Of a stretch of 64,000 nucleotides of DNA, positions 34,940-45,891 are shown piece after piece (position 1 is the stretch's first letter; each line of letters starts with the position of its first letter). The stretch is from assembly GCF_056746865.1 (NCBI RefSeq), contig NZ_CM163382.1. The stretch is one strand, 5' to 3'. A program made the translations under genes and the position numbers. The notes beneath the pieces were generated by a model. It had not been told where the DNA came from and ran no database searches. It was given only the letters and a program-made list of their open reading frames with translations.

Positions 34940-37900
34940 ATGACTACACGCTATTTTTCGTCACTTATTGAACAATCGTTGTCTCGTTCAACTGAAGCAA
35001 CGCTCAGTATCATGGGCGTTACCAACCCGCAGCTGCGTGAACATCTCGCGCAACAAATGGGGGCTGATTGTGGGAAACCGGGCTCATTCCTTGCTTCTCC
35101 GGTATTCCAGCAAATGTTTGGCTGGAAGGAGTCAAACCACACGATGCGCAGCCTGACGGAAGGCAACGCATTGTTGAGCAAAGCAGTGGTTGATTCACTG
35201 GATGATCAGAATAATGGCCGGTACCGGTTTGGTGCTGACTGGAGGCCTTTTACGCACCAGTTAGCCAGTTGGAAAGCTTTGCTGGAAAAGAAACATTCAG
35301 TGGTGGTAACCAGTGGTACGGGTTCAGGTAAAACGGAATGTTTTATGGTACCGGTGCTGGAAGATCTTTACCGGGAACTGCATGAAAATGGCAACAATCC
35401 GTTGGTCGGTGTCCGAGCCCTTTTTCTCTATCCATTGAACGCCCTGATTAATTCACAGCGCGAGCGTCTGGATGCCTGGACGCGTGGTTTTGGTACAGGG
35501 ATCCGCTACTGCCTTTACAACGGCAACACCGAAAACCTACACGCTTCGGTAAAAAGCGAACAGGCAAAAAGGCCGAATGAGGTGCTCTCGCGCGAAAAAA
35601 TGCGTGAAGAACCTGCGCCGATTCTGGTGACCAACGGCACGATGCTGGAATATATGATGGTTCGCCAGGTCGACGCCCCGATTATCCAGCAATCTAAAGC
35701 ACAAAAATCACTACGCTGGATTGTACTGGATGAAGCGCATACCTATGTAGGGTCGCAGGCCGCTGAACTGGCGCTCCAGCTGCGTCGTGTGATGACCGCG
35801 TTTGGCGTGACACCAGATGACGTGCGCTTTGTCGCGACCTCTGCGACCATTGCCGGCAGCGACGCTGAAAAGCAGCTGAAAAAATTTCTCTCTGAATTAT
35901 CCGGTATCCCGCAGGAGCGCATCGATGTTCTGGACGGAAGTCGGGTGATTCCTGAACTGGAACCATCCAAAAACGTTTCTGTTCCGTTAGACGAGATAGA
36001 GCAAATACCTGATCTGGATCTAAGAGATAAAAATGATAATAAAATTAAAGGGATAAGTCCTGAGCGCTTTTATGCGCTTACGCATTCCCCCGAAGCGCGT
36101 TACATACGTGAGATGTTGGTCAAACAGCCCAATCCGATGAAGCTGGATGAGATAACAGAGCGGTTACACGTGCTGACAAAACAGCATTACAGCCAGCAGG
36201 AAGTACTGCGTTGGATCGATGTCTGTTCAGGGACTCAACCTAATGCAAAGGATCCCGCATTTCTTAAAGTCAGGGCGCATATCTTCCAGCGTAATACCCA
36301 GGGAATATGGGCTTGTGTTGATAAAGATTGCAGATTAAAGCACGGTACACCGCTCGACAAAGGCTGGCCCTTTGGCTATGTGTATGTGAACCAGCGACAA
36401 AATTGTGACTGTGGAAGCCCTGTATACGAAGTTGCATTCTGTAATGATTGTAATGAGCCTCATCTTCTGGCACGGGACAAAAAGGGCAAACTAGTCCAGT
36501 GGGAAAATAAAGGTGGCGATGAATTCTCTTTGCAGGATGAAGTACCTGTTGAACATGACGCTACAGAAGAAAAAGTCGAAAAAGAGAACAGTTTTCAGCC
36601 TCCGTTGATTATTGCCGCAGGAGAGACCAGCGAGGCAGGTTATACCCTACAACGCCTCGACCGTCAGACGCGCCGTATTGGCGTTATTAACAATGACAGC
36701 ATTCCGCTGATTATTAATGATATTGAACAGGTTTGTAGTGCCAGTGGCTGTGGCTACAGAGGCATGAGTGGGAAACAGCCCTTCCGGCGTGCACTATTAG
36801 GTGGGCCATTTTACGTTACTAATATCGTGCCCACCGTTCTAGAGTATTGTCAGGACTTTACCAGTGATGAAGGCAAAGAGGGCGTCGGACCAGATTCGTT
36901 GCCAGGACGAGGTCGTCGACTCATCACCTTTACAGACAGTCGACAAGGGACAGCCCGAATGGCGGTGCGTATGCAGCAAGAAGCAGAACGCAGTCGCTTA
37001 CGCGGAAGCGTAGTCGAAATTCTCAGCTGGCATCAAAGGACGCAAACGTCTACAGCGCCGAATGCCAATGCCGATCTGGAAAAATTAGCGGCCAGGGCGA
37101 AGCAAGCCCGTGAGCAGGCAGAAGAATATCGAAGCTGGGGAATGCCAGACCAGGCGAAATTGTCACAAGCACAGGCTGAACAGCTTGAACAGGCTTATCA
37201 GGCTGCAACCGGTGGGAAAGCTGCGACTATCCTGGTATCCCGAACCTGGACGGAGATGGTTAACGAGCTTAAAGAGAGAGCCGATATCCGCGGGCCGGTT
37301 CTGCAATATAACCATTATCTTAAGCCTGAAGTGTTTAATGAAAACGGCGGCCCCCTTAAGCTTTCTGAAATGTTGTTGTTCCGGGAATTCATGCGTCGCC
37401 CTAAACGGACTAACAGCCTGGAAACACAGGGGCTGGTTCAGGTTGGTTACCAGGGGCTGGAGAAAATACATAAGAGCCCCTTGCACTGGCAGGAAAAAGG
37501 ATTAACGCTGGATGACTGGCGCGATTTTCTCAAGGTTACGTTGGATCATTACGTTCGCGAGAGCAACTTCACACAGCTGGATGATGAGCTGAAAAACTGG
37601 ATTGGTAGCCGTTTTTCATCAAAATTCGTCCGTAACCCGGAATCAAAAGATCCTGAAGATAATCAGAACAGACGCTGGCCTCAAATTCGTAATGGCAACG
37701 TATCCCATCGTTTAGCGAAGTTGCTGATGCTGGGGGCTGGATTCAAAACCGTCAATGCGGCAACTATTGATATTATCAATACATGGCTGAAAGAAGCATG
37801 GGCCCAACTTACCGGACCGCTTGCAGTACTGAAACCCGATGGCAACCGTTTTTATTTACCGAAAGAGCATATGACTTTTTCTTTAATCACGGATGCCTGG

Positions 37901-40900
37901 ATTTGCCCGGTAACCAATAAAATCCTGGATACGGCTTTTAAAGGCTTAACCCCTTATCTGCCTACCCATATTTCGTTCGAGCATCTTACCCTGGCGCAAT
38001 ATGACACTTTTGTCGCGCAGAAAGTCACAATGCCGGAAATCTGGAAGCTGGATCGTTCACAGGAAGACTACGCAGAGGGTCTGGCAAAAGCACGCGACTG
38101 GGTCAGCCATGATCCGCTGATCGCACAATTGCGGTCGGAAAACGTCTGGACAGACATTAACGATCGTGTCGTGGAAGGCGGCTTCTACTATCGTACTGCC
38201 GAGCACTCTGCCCAGCAGTCGTCAGAACGTCTGCAAAGCTATGAAAAGATGTTCAAGAATGGGCAACTAAATGTTCTCAACTGTTCCACCACCATGGAAA
38301 TGGGGGTTGATATCGGGGGTATTACTGCGGTGGTAATGAACAACGTACCGCCACATCCGGCCAACTATTTACAGCGCGCCGGGCGAGCCGGGCGTAGTAA
38401 AGAATCACGCGCGATCTCTTACACCCTATGTAAAGGTAACCCACACGACCAGCAGGTTTTTGCCAACCCGCTCTGGCCATTTGAAACCATGATCCCGGCA
38501 CCCATGGTCGCGATGAACTCCGCCCGACTGGTGCAACGTCACGTCAATGCATTATTACTGTCCGACTTTTTATGTAACGTTATTGGCGAAACCGATAAAG
38601 AAAAAACCAGCCTCGATAGCCTCTGGTTTTTCGGTGAAGATGACGGGCAGTCAAAATGCGAACGCTTTAAAATCTGGCTGGAACGTCCGGTTCTTGATAT
38701 CGACACGGCGCTGGAACGGCTGGTGAAAGGTACGGCGTTGCATGGTGCAAGAGCCGAATATCTGCGGGATAAAACAATCAACGCGATCACCTTCCTGCAA
38801 CAGCGGTGGCTCTCCGTTTATCGCGATCTCGTGACACAGGAGCGTGAGTCGCAGCCGCAAACGCCTTATCGTAAGCGCATAGAGCTGGAGAAGAAACGGC
38901 ACTGTGGCGAGTATCTGCTGCGCGATCTGGCTGCCAGAACCTTCCTGCCGGGATACGGTTTCCCGACAGATGTAGTGACGTTTGATAACTTCACGATGGA
39001 AGATTATATCCGCGAAAAATCGCAGAAAAGTCGTGATAAAAAGGACCGTGAAGATAACGTTTCCCGTTATAAAGGATTACCTTCCCGTAACCTCGGTGTT
39101 GCCATTCGTGAATATGCACCGGGAGCAGAGATCATCCTTGATGGCCGTGTCTTCCGCTCTGCCGGTGTCTCACTGCACTGGCACAACATTAATGCTGATA
39201 CCAATGAAGCCCAGCGTCTGGATTGCGCCTGGCGCTGTCACAAATGCGGGACCATTGGCTATGAAGAGGGGATGAGCAGTTCCGGGATGCTCTTTTGCTC
39301 CAATAGCGCCTGCGGCGAAAAAATAATCATGGATAATCGCCGTCAGGTGCTGCAGCCTGCCGGGTTTGTCACCGATGCACACGCTCCGGTAACGAACAAT
39401 ATTGAAACCATGAAATTCGTCCCGGTTGTCCCCGCGTGGGTCTTTGTTAAAGCAGAGCCCGTACCGTTGCCTAACCCGCTAATGGGTTATATGGCTTCTG
39501 GGGCTGATGGGCATGTTTTCCAGCAAAGTTTGGGGGAAGGTGGACACGGTTATGCATTGTGTCTGAGCTGTGGCCGTGCTGAGTCGATGCTGAATGAAAA
39601 TGATGCGCCGAAAAGTATGGAAGCTCACTATCCACCGCGTCCGGGTAAAGCGGATCGCGACAGCCAGAATCATCGTCTGATTTGCCCCGGTTCGACGGCA
39701 CTCATGAAGAATGTCACCCTGGGCGCACTGGCGCGTACCGATGTCTTTGAAATGGTTCTGCGCAAACCGCAAAACGGCGAGTATCTGCCAGATAACACAG
39801 AGGAGGGGCGGATTGTTGCCATGACTCTGGCGGTTGCTCTGCGTCAGGCGCTGGCGGGCGTTCTGGGTATCTCCGCCGCAGAACTCGGCTATTCTGTACG
39901 TCCGGTCAGACTGGAGGATGGGCAATCGGTATTAGCCGTACAGCTTTATGATGTGATCAGCGGTGGTGCAGGTTTTGCCTCCAGCGCACCGGTACACATT
40001 GAAGCTATATTGCAGGGAATGGTGAAACAGTTAGGCTGCCGCCATTGTGAGACTGCATGTAGTGAATGCCTGCTTGATTCCCAGACTCGCCACGATCACG
40101 ATTTGCTGGATCGCAAAGCGGCGCTGGCCTGGCTTGGCGATGACTTCACGTATTACATCGGTTTACCGGATGAAGAGACATTCTCGCTGCCGGATGCCCG
40201 CTACTGCCCTGGCGCCATTGGCGATACGATTCGCCGGGCGATTAACGAAGGCGCTGAAAAGCTCACCCTGTGGATGACCGGCGCGCCCAATGAGTGGGAT
40301 TTATACGCACGTCAGTTCCGCGCGGCGGTTCAGAACTATCGGCTAAAAGACAACGTCGAGGTCGATCTTGTTATTCCTACGGGAGTGGATGACCCGGACC
40401 TGTTGCATGAACTATCGCAATTTACTGCGCTGGGTGTGCGGCTGTGCCATGTTGAACAGGATCTGCAATTACCGATCGTTGCCCAGGTCACCTTTACCGA
40501 TCGCGTGATGACGCTGGCCTCTCGCAGCCAGCAGGCAACGATTCCGGGGCCGGAGTGGCACCTGAATGACGAACTGGTGGTGCGTAGTCTCGGTTATAAA
40601 ACGGTAGAACTGAACGAGTTTATTCTGCCGGCTAAAGCCACCAACGCTGTCGAGCGGGTCAAAGACATTCAGATCCACAAACAGTTGAATGGACCACTGT
40701 CGCAGTTTGGGCAACGCTTCTGGGACGTGCTGTTTAACGACCATGAAGAAGCGCAGTCACTGATGAATAACACGCGAATTACCGGCGTTCACTATACCGA
40801 TCGCTATCTGCAAAACCCGGTTGCGCTGGCGTTGTTGGGATCAATTCTGAGACCGCTAAAAACAAAGCTGACCGATGGCGCTGAAGTGACGCTGGATACG

Positions 40901-41284
40901 CTATTTAAAGATAAAGATCGCCCCGGTAACCGGCCTTTCCATGACTGGATGAGCATAGCGGATTTTCAGGATTTCGCTGATCAGTGGTTTGCTGCTGCGC
41001 TGGGCAGGCCGGTAGAACTGACGGTGTTCGACTCGCCGCGCGATATCCCTCACCATCGTAAACTGACGGTGACTTTTGAGGATGGTCAGGTATTGAAGAT
41101 CCGCTTCGATCAGGGGATGGGCTACTGGCGCATCAACTTTTCATCGCAATGGCATTACTTTGATTTCCGCGATGACGTTTCTTTCCAGTTAGTCAAAATG
41201 GCTCAGGCCTGCAAGGAAGGGAATGTCGCCAACAGCGAAGAGAGTTGGGCAACGGATGTGCTGGTGGAGGTGATCGCCTCCTGA
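34940..41284 (+). CDS. Giant (2114 aa) superfamily-2 DEAH-box helicase with Zn-ribbon / DUF1998-like Cys clusters; DruE-like by architecture
   Basis: ATG at 34940 with AAGGA RBS. Walker A GTGSGKTE (35315-35338), motif II IVLDEAH (35720-35740), motif [10 protein letters not shown] (38372-38395), Cys clusters CAWRCHKCG (39224-39247) and [11 protein letters not shown] (40037-40069). Operonic with the upstream 1112-aa gene. Confidence 0.85.
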   Translation: MTTRYFSSLIEQSLSRSTEATLSIMGVTNPQLREHLAQQMGADCGKPGSFLASPVFQQMFGWKESNHTMRSLTEGNALLSKAVVDSLDDQNNGRYRFGADWRPFTHQLASWKALLEKKHSVVVTSGTGSGKTECFMVPVLEDLYRELHENGNNPLVGVRALFLYPLNALINSQRERLDAWTRGFGTGIRYCLYNGNTENLHASVKSEQAKRPNEVLSREKMREEPAPILVTNGTMLEYMMVRQVDAPIIQQSKAQKSLRWIVLDEAHTYVGSQAAELALQLRRVMTAFGVTPDDVRFVATSATIAGSDAEKQLKKFLSELSGIPQERIDVLDGSRVIPELEPSKNVSVPLDEIEQIPDLDLRDKNDNKIKGISPERFYALTHSPEARYIREMLVKQPNPMKLDEITERLHVLTKQHYSQQEVLRWIDVCSGTQPNAKDPAFLKVRAHIFQRNTQGIWACVDKDCRLKHGTPLDKGWPFGYVYVNQRQNCDCGSPVYEVAFCNDCNEPHLLARDKKGKLVQWENKGGDEFSLQDEVPVEHDATEEKVEKENSFQPPLIIAAGETSEAGYTLQRLDRQTRRIGVINNDSIPLIINDIEQVCSASGCGYRGMSGKQPFRRALLGGPFYVTNIVPTVLEYCQDFTSDEGKEGVGPDSLPGRGRRLITFTDSRQGTARMAVRMQQEAERSRLRGSVVEILSWHQRTQTSTAPNANADLEKLAARAKQAREQAEEYRSWGMPDQAKLSQAQAEQLEQAYQAATGGKAATILVSRTWTEMVNELKERADIRGPVLQYNHYLKPEVFNENGGPLKLSEMLLFREFMRRPKRTNSLETQGLVQVGYQGLEKIHKSPLHWQEKGLTLDDWRDFLKVTLDHYVRESNFTQLDDELKNWIGSRFSSKFVRNPESKDPEDNQNRRWPQIRNGNVSHRLAKLLMLGAGFKTVNAATIDIINTWLKEAWAQLTGPLAVLKPDGNRFYLPKEHMTFSLITDAWICPVTNKILDTAFKGLTPYLPTHISFEHLTLAQYDTFVAQKVTMPEIWKLDRSQEDYAEGLAKARDWVSHDPLIAQLRSENVWTDINDRVVEGGFYYRTAEHSAQQSSERLQSYEKMFKNGQLNVLNCSTTMEMGVDIGGITAVVMNNVPPHPANYLQRAGRAGRSKESRAISYTLCKGNPHDQQVFANPLWPFETMIPAPMVAMNSARLVQRHVNALLLSDFLCNVIGETDKEKTSLDSLWFFGEDDGQSKCERFKIWLERPVLDIDTALERLVKGTALHGARAEYLRDKTINAITFLQQRWLSVYRDLVTQERESQPQTPYRKRIELEKKRHCGEYLLRDLAARTFLPGYGFPTDVVTFDNFTMEDYIREKSQKSRDKKDREDNVSRYKGLPSRNLGVAIREYAPGAEIILDGRVFRSAGVSLHWHNINADTNEAQRLDCAWRCHKCGTIGYEEGMSSSGMLFCSNSACGEKIIMDNRRQVLQPAGFVTDAHAPVTNNIETMKFVPVVPAWVFVKAEPVPLPNPLMGYMASGADGHVFQQSLGEGGHGYALCLSCGRAESMLNENDAPKSMEAHYPPRPGKADRDSQNHRLICPGSTALMKNVTLGALARTDVFEMVLRKPQNGEYLPDNTEEGRIVAMTLAVALRQALAGVLGISAAELGYSVRPVRLEDGQSVLAVQLYDVISGGAGFASSAPVHIEAILQGMVKQLGCRHCETACSECLLDSQTRHDHDLLDRKAALAWLGDDFTYYIGLPDEETFSLPDARYCPGAIGDTIRRAINEGAEKLTLWMTGAPNEWDLYARQFRAAVQNYRLKDNVEVDLVIPTGVDDPDLLHELSQFTALGVRLCHVEQDLQLPIVAQVTFTDRVMTLASRSQQATIPGPEWHLNDELVVRSLGYKTVELNEFILPAKATNAVERVKDIQIHKQLNGPLSQFGQRFWDVLFNDHEEAQSLMNNTRITGVHYTDRYLQNPVALALLGSILRPLKTKLTDGAEVTLDTLFKDKDRPGNRPFHDWMSIADFQDFADQWFAAALGRPVELTVFDSPRDIPHHRKLTVTFEDGQVLKIRFDQGMGYWRINFSSQWHYFDFRDDVSFQLVKMAQACKEGNVANSEESWATDVLVEVIAS

Positions 41285-41291
41285 TGATGAG

Positions 41292-41326
41292 CCGCTCCCG
41301 ATGTGGTGTCGGGAGCGGTATTTTCT
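41292..41326 (+). terminator. Rho-independent terminator of the two-gene operon
   Basis: CCGCTCCCGA-TGTGGTG-TCGGGAGCGG hairpin directly followed by TATTTTCT, 8 bp after the helicase stop codon; placed between the convergent helicase gene and mcrC. Confidence 0.7.
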
Positions 41327-41340
41327 ATAAAACTTACCGC

Positions 41341-42387
41341 TTATTTGAGATATTCATCGAAAATGTCGAGTAATTCTTGATGTATACACGGCCATTCCTG
41401 ACCTAAATTGACGGTACACAAGCCAATATCGAAGCCATTAATTTTATAACGATGTTTCACTGCGGTATCTACGTGGGGATATATTAATAATCCCCCTATG
41501 TTTTCGCCATTTTCAGGCTTTAACGACCATAAGTAATTCATCAGTTGATAAAGATTTTGCGAATGAAATTTTTCTGTTCCCATTCGTCGTGAAAAAATGC
41601 TCTTATAGTATTTGGCGTCAACGATAAGTATTTTTTCTGATGAGCGAATGGTGATGTCAGTTTCCATTCGAGGTAACAAATTAAGTGACTGATCCGATAT
41701 ACTCGATGCATCCCATTTTAAATAAGAGCGGGTTGTGTTTGCAGACGTTAATTCACGACGGCAAAATTCATAAAGAAACTTTTGATAAAGTAATGACATC
41801 TCTTTTTCGTTTCTTTCAAAATCATAGAAACGGTAGTGTCCTTTGTTTTGACCTGGAATAGAATTATTGACGATGAATTTGCAGACACTGATAACGAATT
41901 TATAATAACGCGTATTTTTTCCGCCATTCAGATAGCTGAAATGCTGCGGAGTTAAATGAAGAGTGCTAATGCCCGGTAATTTTCTATAAAGTGAACGAGC
42001 TTCATCTCTGATAGTTGAATTTAACTTTTCATGCTTAATTAATATGGCTAATGTGCTTTTTATAATTCGGTTAGCCAGCGTGTCTTCATTAAGCATATCA
42101 AAAGTACTGACGGTTTTCCCATGATTAAGATGGAAGCCGCGTATTGTTTTAGCAAACTCTATTCGCCCTTTGATGCCAGGAATGATCTCGGTATTAGGAT
42201 TGTAATCAAGCTCAAGCCCTCGGCGTGAAAGCTGTAAAACCCCTTTATTTAATACATACCCCAGGATATCAAGAAGATTGTTACCGGGTATGGCTTCAAG
42301 GTTTGCCTGCTTAATTTCCTGTAAATAACCCCATGCATAGGTAAGCATGTAATAGATATTACGGACAGGTATCACGGGCTGTTCCAC
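41341..42387 (-). CDS. mcrC: 5-methylcytosine-specific restriction enzyme McrBC, endonuclease subunit McrC
   Basis: 348 aa from a GTG start (VEQPVIPVRNIYYMLTYAWGYLQ...) sharing 1 nt with the mcrB stop codon; the track ORF extends 10 codons upstream to an ATG at 42417. Confidence 0.85.
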   Translation of the reverse strand: MEQPVIPVRNIYYMLTYAWGYLQEIKQANLEAIPGNNLLDILGYVLNKGVLQLSRRGLELDYNPNTEIIPGIKGRIEFAKTIRGFHLNHGKTVSTFDMLNEDTLANRIIKSTLAILIKHEKLNSTIRDEARSLYRKLPGISTLHLTPQHFSYLNGGKNTRYYKFVISVCKFIVNNSIPGQNKGHYRFYDFERNEKEMSLLYQKFLYEFCRRELTSANTTRSYLKWDASSISDQSLNLLPRMETDITIRSSEKILIVDAKYYKSIFSRRMGTEKFHSQNLYQLMNYLWSLKPENGENIGGLLIYPHVDTAVKHRYKINGFDIGLCTVNLGQEWPCIHQELLDIFDEYLK

Positions 42388-43766
42388 TATGAGTCCCCTA
42401 ATAATTTGTTGGTCCATTTCTGTTGTTTATAGGGGTCATCAAAGAAATATTCTTCGAGTAAAGGGGCGATATCCGTCATCACAATTTCATTAAGCCATTG
42501 CGTATCCGGAGAGGTGCCATCTTCCAACCCACAGCAGAAGTAACTATGCCCAATGCGGAATCCTTTCCCAAGGATAGTGGCCTCTTTGCTGATTTCCTGG
42601 TTCAACTCGTTCATTTTTTGGCATAAAGACTCAACAAATGAAGGTTCTGCTTTTTTATTCAGTAAAAAATTCCGGAACTGTGGTGTATCAAAACCTGGCT
42701 CAATATCTATGAAAGAAAATCGTCTGCGTAGGGCATAGTCAACAACGGCCAGAGAGCGATCGGCAGTATTCATTAAACCGATGATATAAACATTCTCCGG
42801 GACATAGAATCGTTCTTCATCGTTTTCGGAGTAGGTTAGGGGAACAGACCAGTTTTCACCTCGTTTATCATGTTCCATTAACATCATCACTTCGCCAAAT
42901 ACTTTACTGAGATTGGCACGATTGATTTCATCTATAATAAAAATATACTTTTTCTCTGGCTGCTCTTTAGCTTGCTGACAAAAATTGTAAAATATGCCGT
43001 CTTTACGTCGGAAGCCGACGCCATTCGGACGATAGCCCTGTATAAAATCCTCATAGCTATAGGATTGATGGAACTGAACCATATTGACGCGTTGCGGAGC
43101 CTTTTCTCCTGTCAGCAAGTAAGCCAGACGGCGTGCAACAAAGGTTTTTCCAACGCCGGGCGGCCCCTGGAGGATAATATTTTTTTTGATGGTTAATCGT
43201 TTGAGTATCGTCTCTATTGTGGTTTCAGGGATAAACAAATCATTTAACGCATCTTCCAGACAGTATGATTCAGTTTTTGACATAGGTGGAATAACACTCT
43301 TGCCAGAATTAAATATTAATTTATAGTCGTTGATTATGTTGTCCAGCATAGAGGCAAATCGGGTGTAATCAATACCCTGTGAGACTTTTTGGGAACAGGC
43401 GTAATAGGACTGTCCGTATTTTTTAGGATATACACCCGAAGTTGCCTGAAAATACTCTGCGATTGTTTTAGGTATGTCTGAAGAGAACTGCCATTGGGCA
43501 TGTGGTTCATTCGTGTCGCTTATACCATAAGCCAAAACCAACTCATCAAAATCTTTATAATAGAGAATAACGGGATATATACCGTTAGAAGCTTCCTGAC
43601 CTTCTCCAAGAAATGCAAACCAGGGAATAGACGTAAAATTACCATAACCGAAACTCAATTTTACTCGCAGGTTACGGTAAGACGTTGGATAATCTTTAGT
43701 GGATTGCGAACGTTGTTGCTGTGCTTGCTTAATAAATTTTTCAATCCAGGGTTGAATAGATTCCAT
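42387..43766 (-). CDS. mcrB: 5-methylcytosine-specific restriction enzyme McrBC, GTPase/DNA-binding subunit McrB (AAA+)
   Basis: 459 aa from MESIQPWIEKFIKQAQQQRSQ; Walker A GPPGVGKT and AAA+ motifs; markedly AT-rich coding sequence. Confidence 0.9.
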   Translation of the reverse strand: MESIQPWIEKFIKQAQQQRSQSTKDYPTSYRNLRVKLSFGYGNFTSIPWFAFLGEGQEASNGIYPVILYYKDFDELVLAYGISDTNEPHAQWQFSSDIPKTIAEYFQATSGVYPKKYGQSYYACSQKVSQGIDYTRFASMLDNIINDYKLIFNSGKSVIPPMSKTESYCLEDALNDLFIPETTIETILKRLTIKKNIILQGPPGVGKTFVARRLAYLLTGEKAPQRVNMVQFHQSYSYEDFIQGYRPNGVGFRRKDGIFYNFCQQAKEQPEKKYIFIIDEINRANLSKVFGEVMMLMEHDKRGENWSVPLTYSENDEERFYVPENVYIIGLMNTADRSLAVVDYALRRRFSFIDIEPGFDTPQFRNFLLNKKAEPSFVESLCQKMNELNQEISKEATILGKGFRIGHSYFCCGLEDGTSPDTQWLNEIVMTDIAPLLEEYFFDDPYKQQKWTNKLLGDS

Positions 43767-43927
43767 AAGATATGCCTTCCTCATTGCTAAGCCTCTATTA
43801 TCGCTTTCGCAACGTACTGAAACAATAGATTTTTACTGCAAAATCAGACTGGTAAATATTTACTGAGGGGGAAAGTTTCTATTGAGTCAGTGGAAGGCTC
43901 CCGGTGGTTAACCGGGAGTAAACGCTG

Positions 43928-44269
43928 TTACGCGACTTTCTGTTTACCGGCAATCACTCCAATAAACGCCTGCACCTGCTTTTGTTTACGCGCCGACAGT
44001 TTGCACACCTGGCGTAGCGACTGCATCAGTTCGCTCTCCTCGGCGGCGGGTGGTTGGGCGGTGAGGACAATACAGCCTTCCATCACTTTGACATCTACCG
44101 CCGTGCCAGTGGCAAAACCGGCGGCTTCCAGCCACTGACCTTTCAGGGTGATGGCGGGAATACGGCTGTAATCCGGGTAGCGACTCGCATAACCGACGGT
44201 GACATGACGGTTATTTGCCGGGGAGACTTCTGCTTCGAACGGTTGTGCAATAGAATGCGTGTCAGTCAT
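43928..44269 (-). CDS. symE: SOS-induced toxin-like protein SymE (type I toxin-antitoxin, AbrB-fold)
   Basis: 113 aa from [34 protein letters not shown]; located between mcrB and hsdS; the track ORF is extended upstream. Confidence 0.8.
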   Translation of the reverse strand: MTDTHSIAQPFEAEVSPANNRHVTVGYASRYPDYSRIPAITLKGQWLEAAGFATGTAVDVKVMEGCIVLTAQPPAAEESELMQSLRQVCKLSARKQKQVQAFIGVIAGKQKVA

Positions 44270-44338
44270 AACTGCTATTCTCCAGGAATAGTGATTGTGA
44301 TTAGCGATGCGGGTGTGTTGGCGCACATCCGCACCGCG
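44262..44338 (+). ncRNA. symR: Candidate antisense sRNA SymR (RyjC) overlapping the symE 5' end; coordinates approximate
   Basis: Established knowledge that a roughly 77-nt cis-antisense RNA overlaps the symE ribosome-binding site and start codon. The exact ends cannot be fixed from sequence; a 9-bp stem hairpin at 44309-44332 lies within the region. Confidence 0.25.
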
Positions 44339-44346
44339 CTAAATAC

Positions 44347-44362
44347 CTGTATATATCATCAG
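44347..44362. promoter_or_regulatory. Candidate LexA (SOS) box in the symE promoter
   Basis: CTGTATATATCATCAG matches the CTGT-N8-ACAG consensus with one mismatch, about 80 bp upstream of the symE start. Confidence 0.5.
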
Positions 44363-44496
44363 TAAATATGGGGAAAGTCCAGCTAAAAATAGAATAAAAT
44401 GGGCAATTTCTGGAATGATTTAAATATATTTATGTGGGTTATGATTGGCGTGAAATAATAAAAAGCGCACCGGAAAGGTGCGCCAGAAAATAATGT

Positions 44497-45891
44497 TCAG
44501 GATTTTTTACGTGAGGCTTTTTTACCCCCGCTAGCTGCGCGTTCAGCTTTGATTTTTTCCAGCAACGCGGCGGCGCTGTTTTCTCCGCTGATCAAATCCG
44601 GGTTTTCGGCCCGCCACTGGGCGGTAAGTTCACCACGGAACGCTTTTGCCAGGATGGATTGCGTCAGGTTGTTGACGCGGGCTAAGGCGTTGTTGACCTG
44701 TTTTTCTATGGTGTCGGCGTAGGCGAAGAGTTGCTCGACGCGGCGAACGATTTCGGCTTGTTCTTTTACTGGAGGTAATAAAACAACTTGGGATTTGATA
44801 TCTTTTCCTGAAATACCTTTTTGACCAGAAGTTGTTTTCACGCAGTTCATCATTGCATTTCGTGCTGAGGGGGATGAAAAAAATATTTCGATATATTCTG
44901 GTAAAGCATCTTTGGTTAATCGAGCTCGAATAAGTTTATCAGGATATAGCAAATTTTGATGTTGTAATTTTTTCAATAACCCACAAACACCAACAAATTC
45001 TAAACTTCCGTTATAGCGAGTAAATAAAAGATCTCCATCTTGTAATTTGTGGCGGTTTAGTTCACTTTCTGAACATTCTAGAAACCGAATATCGTTTTGA
45101 TCTACATGGCCAGCACGTACAGAACTAATGCGTAGTATTGGATGACCAACACCACTTTCATTTGGCTTTGATGAAAGACCATTACGTAATTCAGTTAAGA
45201 TAGATTCAAAATTTAACTTCTTAAATACAGAATGTTGCGGCTCAAAATTACGCCATTTTTCTGTCAATTTTCCATTAACTGCGCCCCCCAATACCGCTTG
45301 ACGAAAACGTTTCAGGATTTGTGGGATTTGCTCAAAACGTGCTTTGGTGCTGTCTACCTGCGCCAGCAGCGTATCGAGTTTTTCAGCGATGATTTTTTGT
45401 TCGGCAAGTGGTGGGATTGGTATATTTATCAAATCAAAGCTTGCCGGCTTAATATTATTAATATTTGCACCAGCAGAAAGTGATGAAATTTTGTTTCGAT
45501 AAAGAGAAGATTTTGTGAAATGAGCAATAAAACCAGAAAATATAAGTTTTTCAGGACGTAATACACCGCAAAATGCGCCGAAACTACATTCAAATGGTAG
45601 ATGCTGATGTGCGGATTTACCAACTACGGATTTGCTCCCTGATGACATTGCAATAACAATATCTTCAGGAGATATTTTTTGATTTTCTTTAACAAGATTT
45701 TTAGGAACAAAAACCAAGTCCGTAGTATCAAACTTGCCATTCTGAATATTGTTCGCACGGATAAGAGGCAAATAATCATCTTTTAGATAATTTATTGCCT
45801 GCTCTTTTTTATACGTTACTCCTCGGATTAGAGTTGTGACCGTAGATACTGGGGCGATAACCCACCCCTCCGGCAATTTCCCCGCACTCAT
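44497..45891 (-). CDS. hsdS: Type I restriction-modification specificity subunit HsdS
   Basis: 464 aa with two target-recognition domains separated and followed by conserved helical repeats; start ATG overlaps the hsdM stop (ATGA). The N-terminus MSAGKLPEGWVIAPVSTV is consistent with the EcoKI-family HsdS as I recall it. Confidence 0.88.
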   Translation of the reverse strand: MSAGKLPEGWVIAPVSTVTTLIRGVTYKKEQAINYLKDDYLPLIRANNIQNGKFDTTDLVFVPKNLVKENQKISPEDIVIAMSSGSKSVVGKSAHQHLPFECSFGAFCGVLRPEKLIFSGFIAHFTKSSLYRNKISSLSAGANINNIKPASFDLINIPIPPLAEQKIIAEKLDTLLAQVDSTKARFEQIPQILKRFRQAVLGGAVNGKLTEKWRNFEPQHSVFKKLNFESILTELRNGLSSKPNESGVGHPILRISSVRAGHVDQNDIRFLECSESELNRHKLQDGDLLFTRYNGSLEFVGVCGLLKKLQHQNLLYPDKLIRARLTKDALPEYIEIFFSSPSARNAMMNCVKTTSGQKGISGKDIKSQVVLLPPVKEQAEIVRRVEQLFAYADTIEKQVNNALARVNNLTQSILAKAFRGELTAQWRAENPDLISGENSAAALLEKIKAERAASGGKKASRKKS

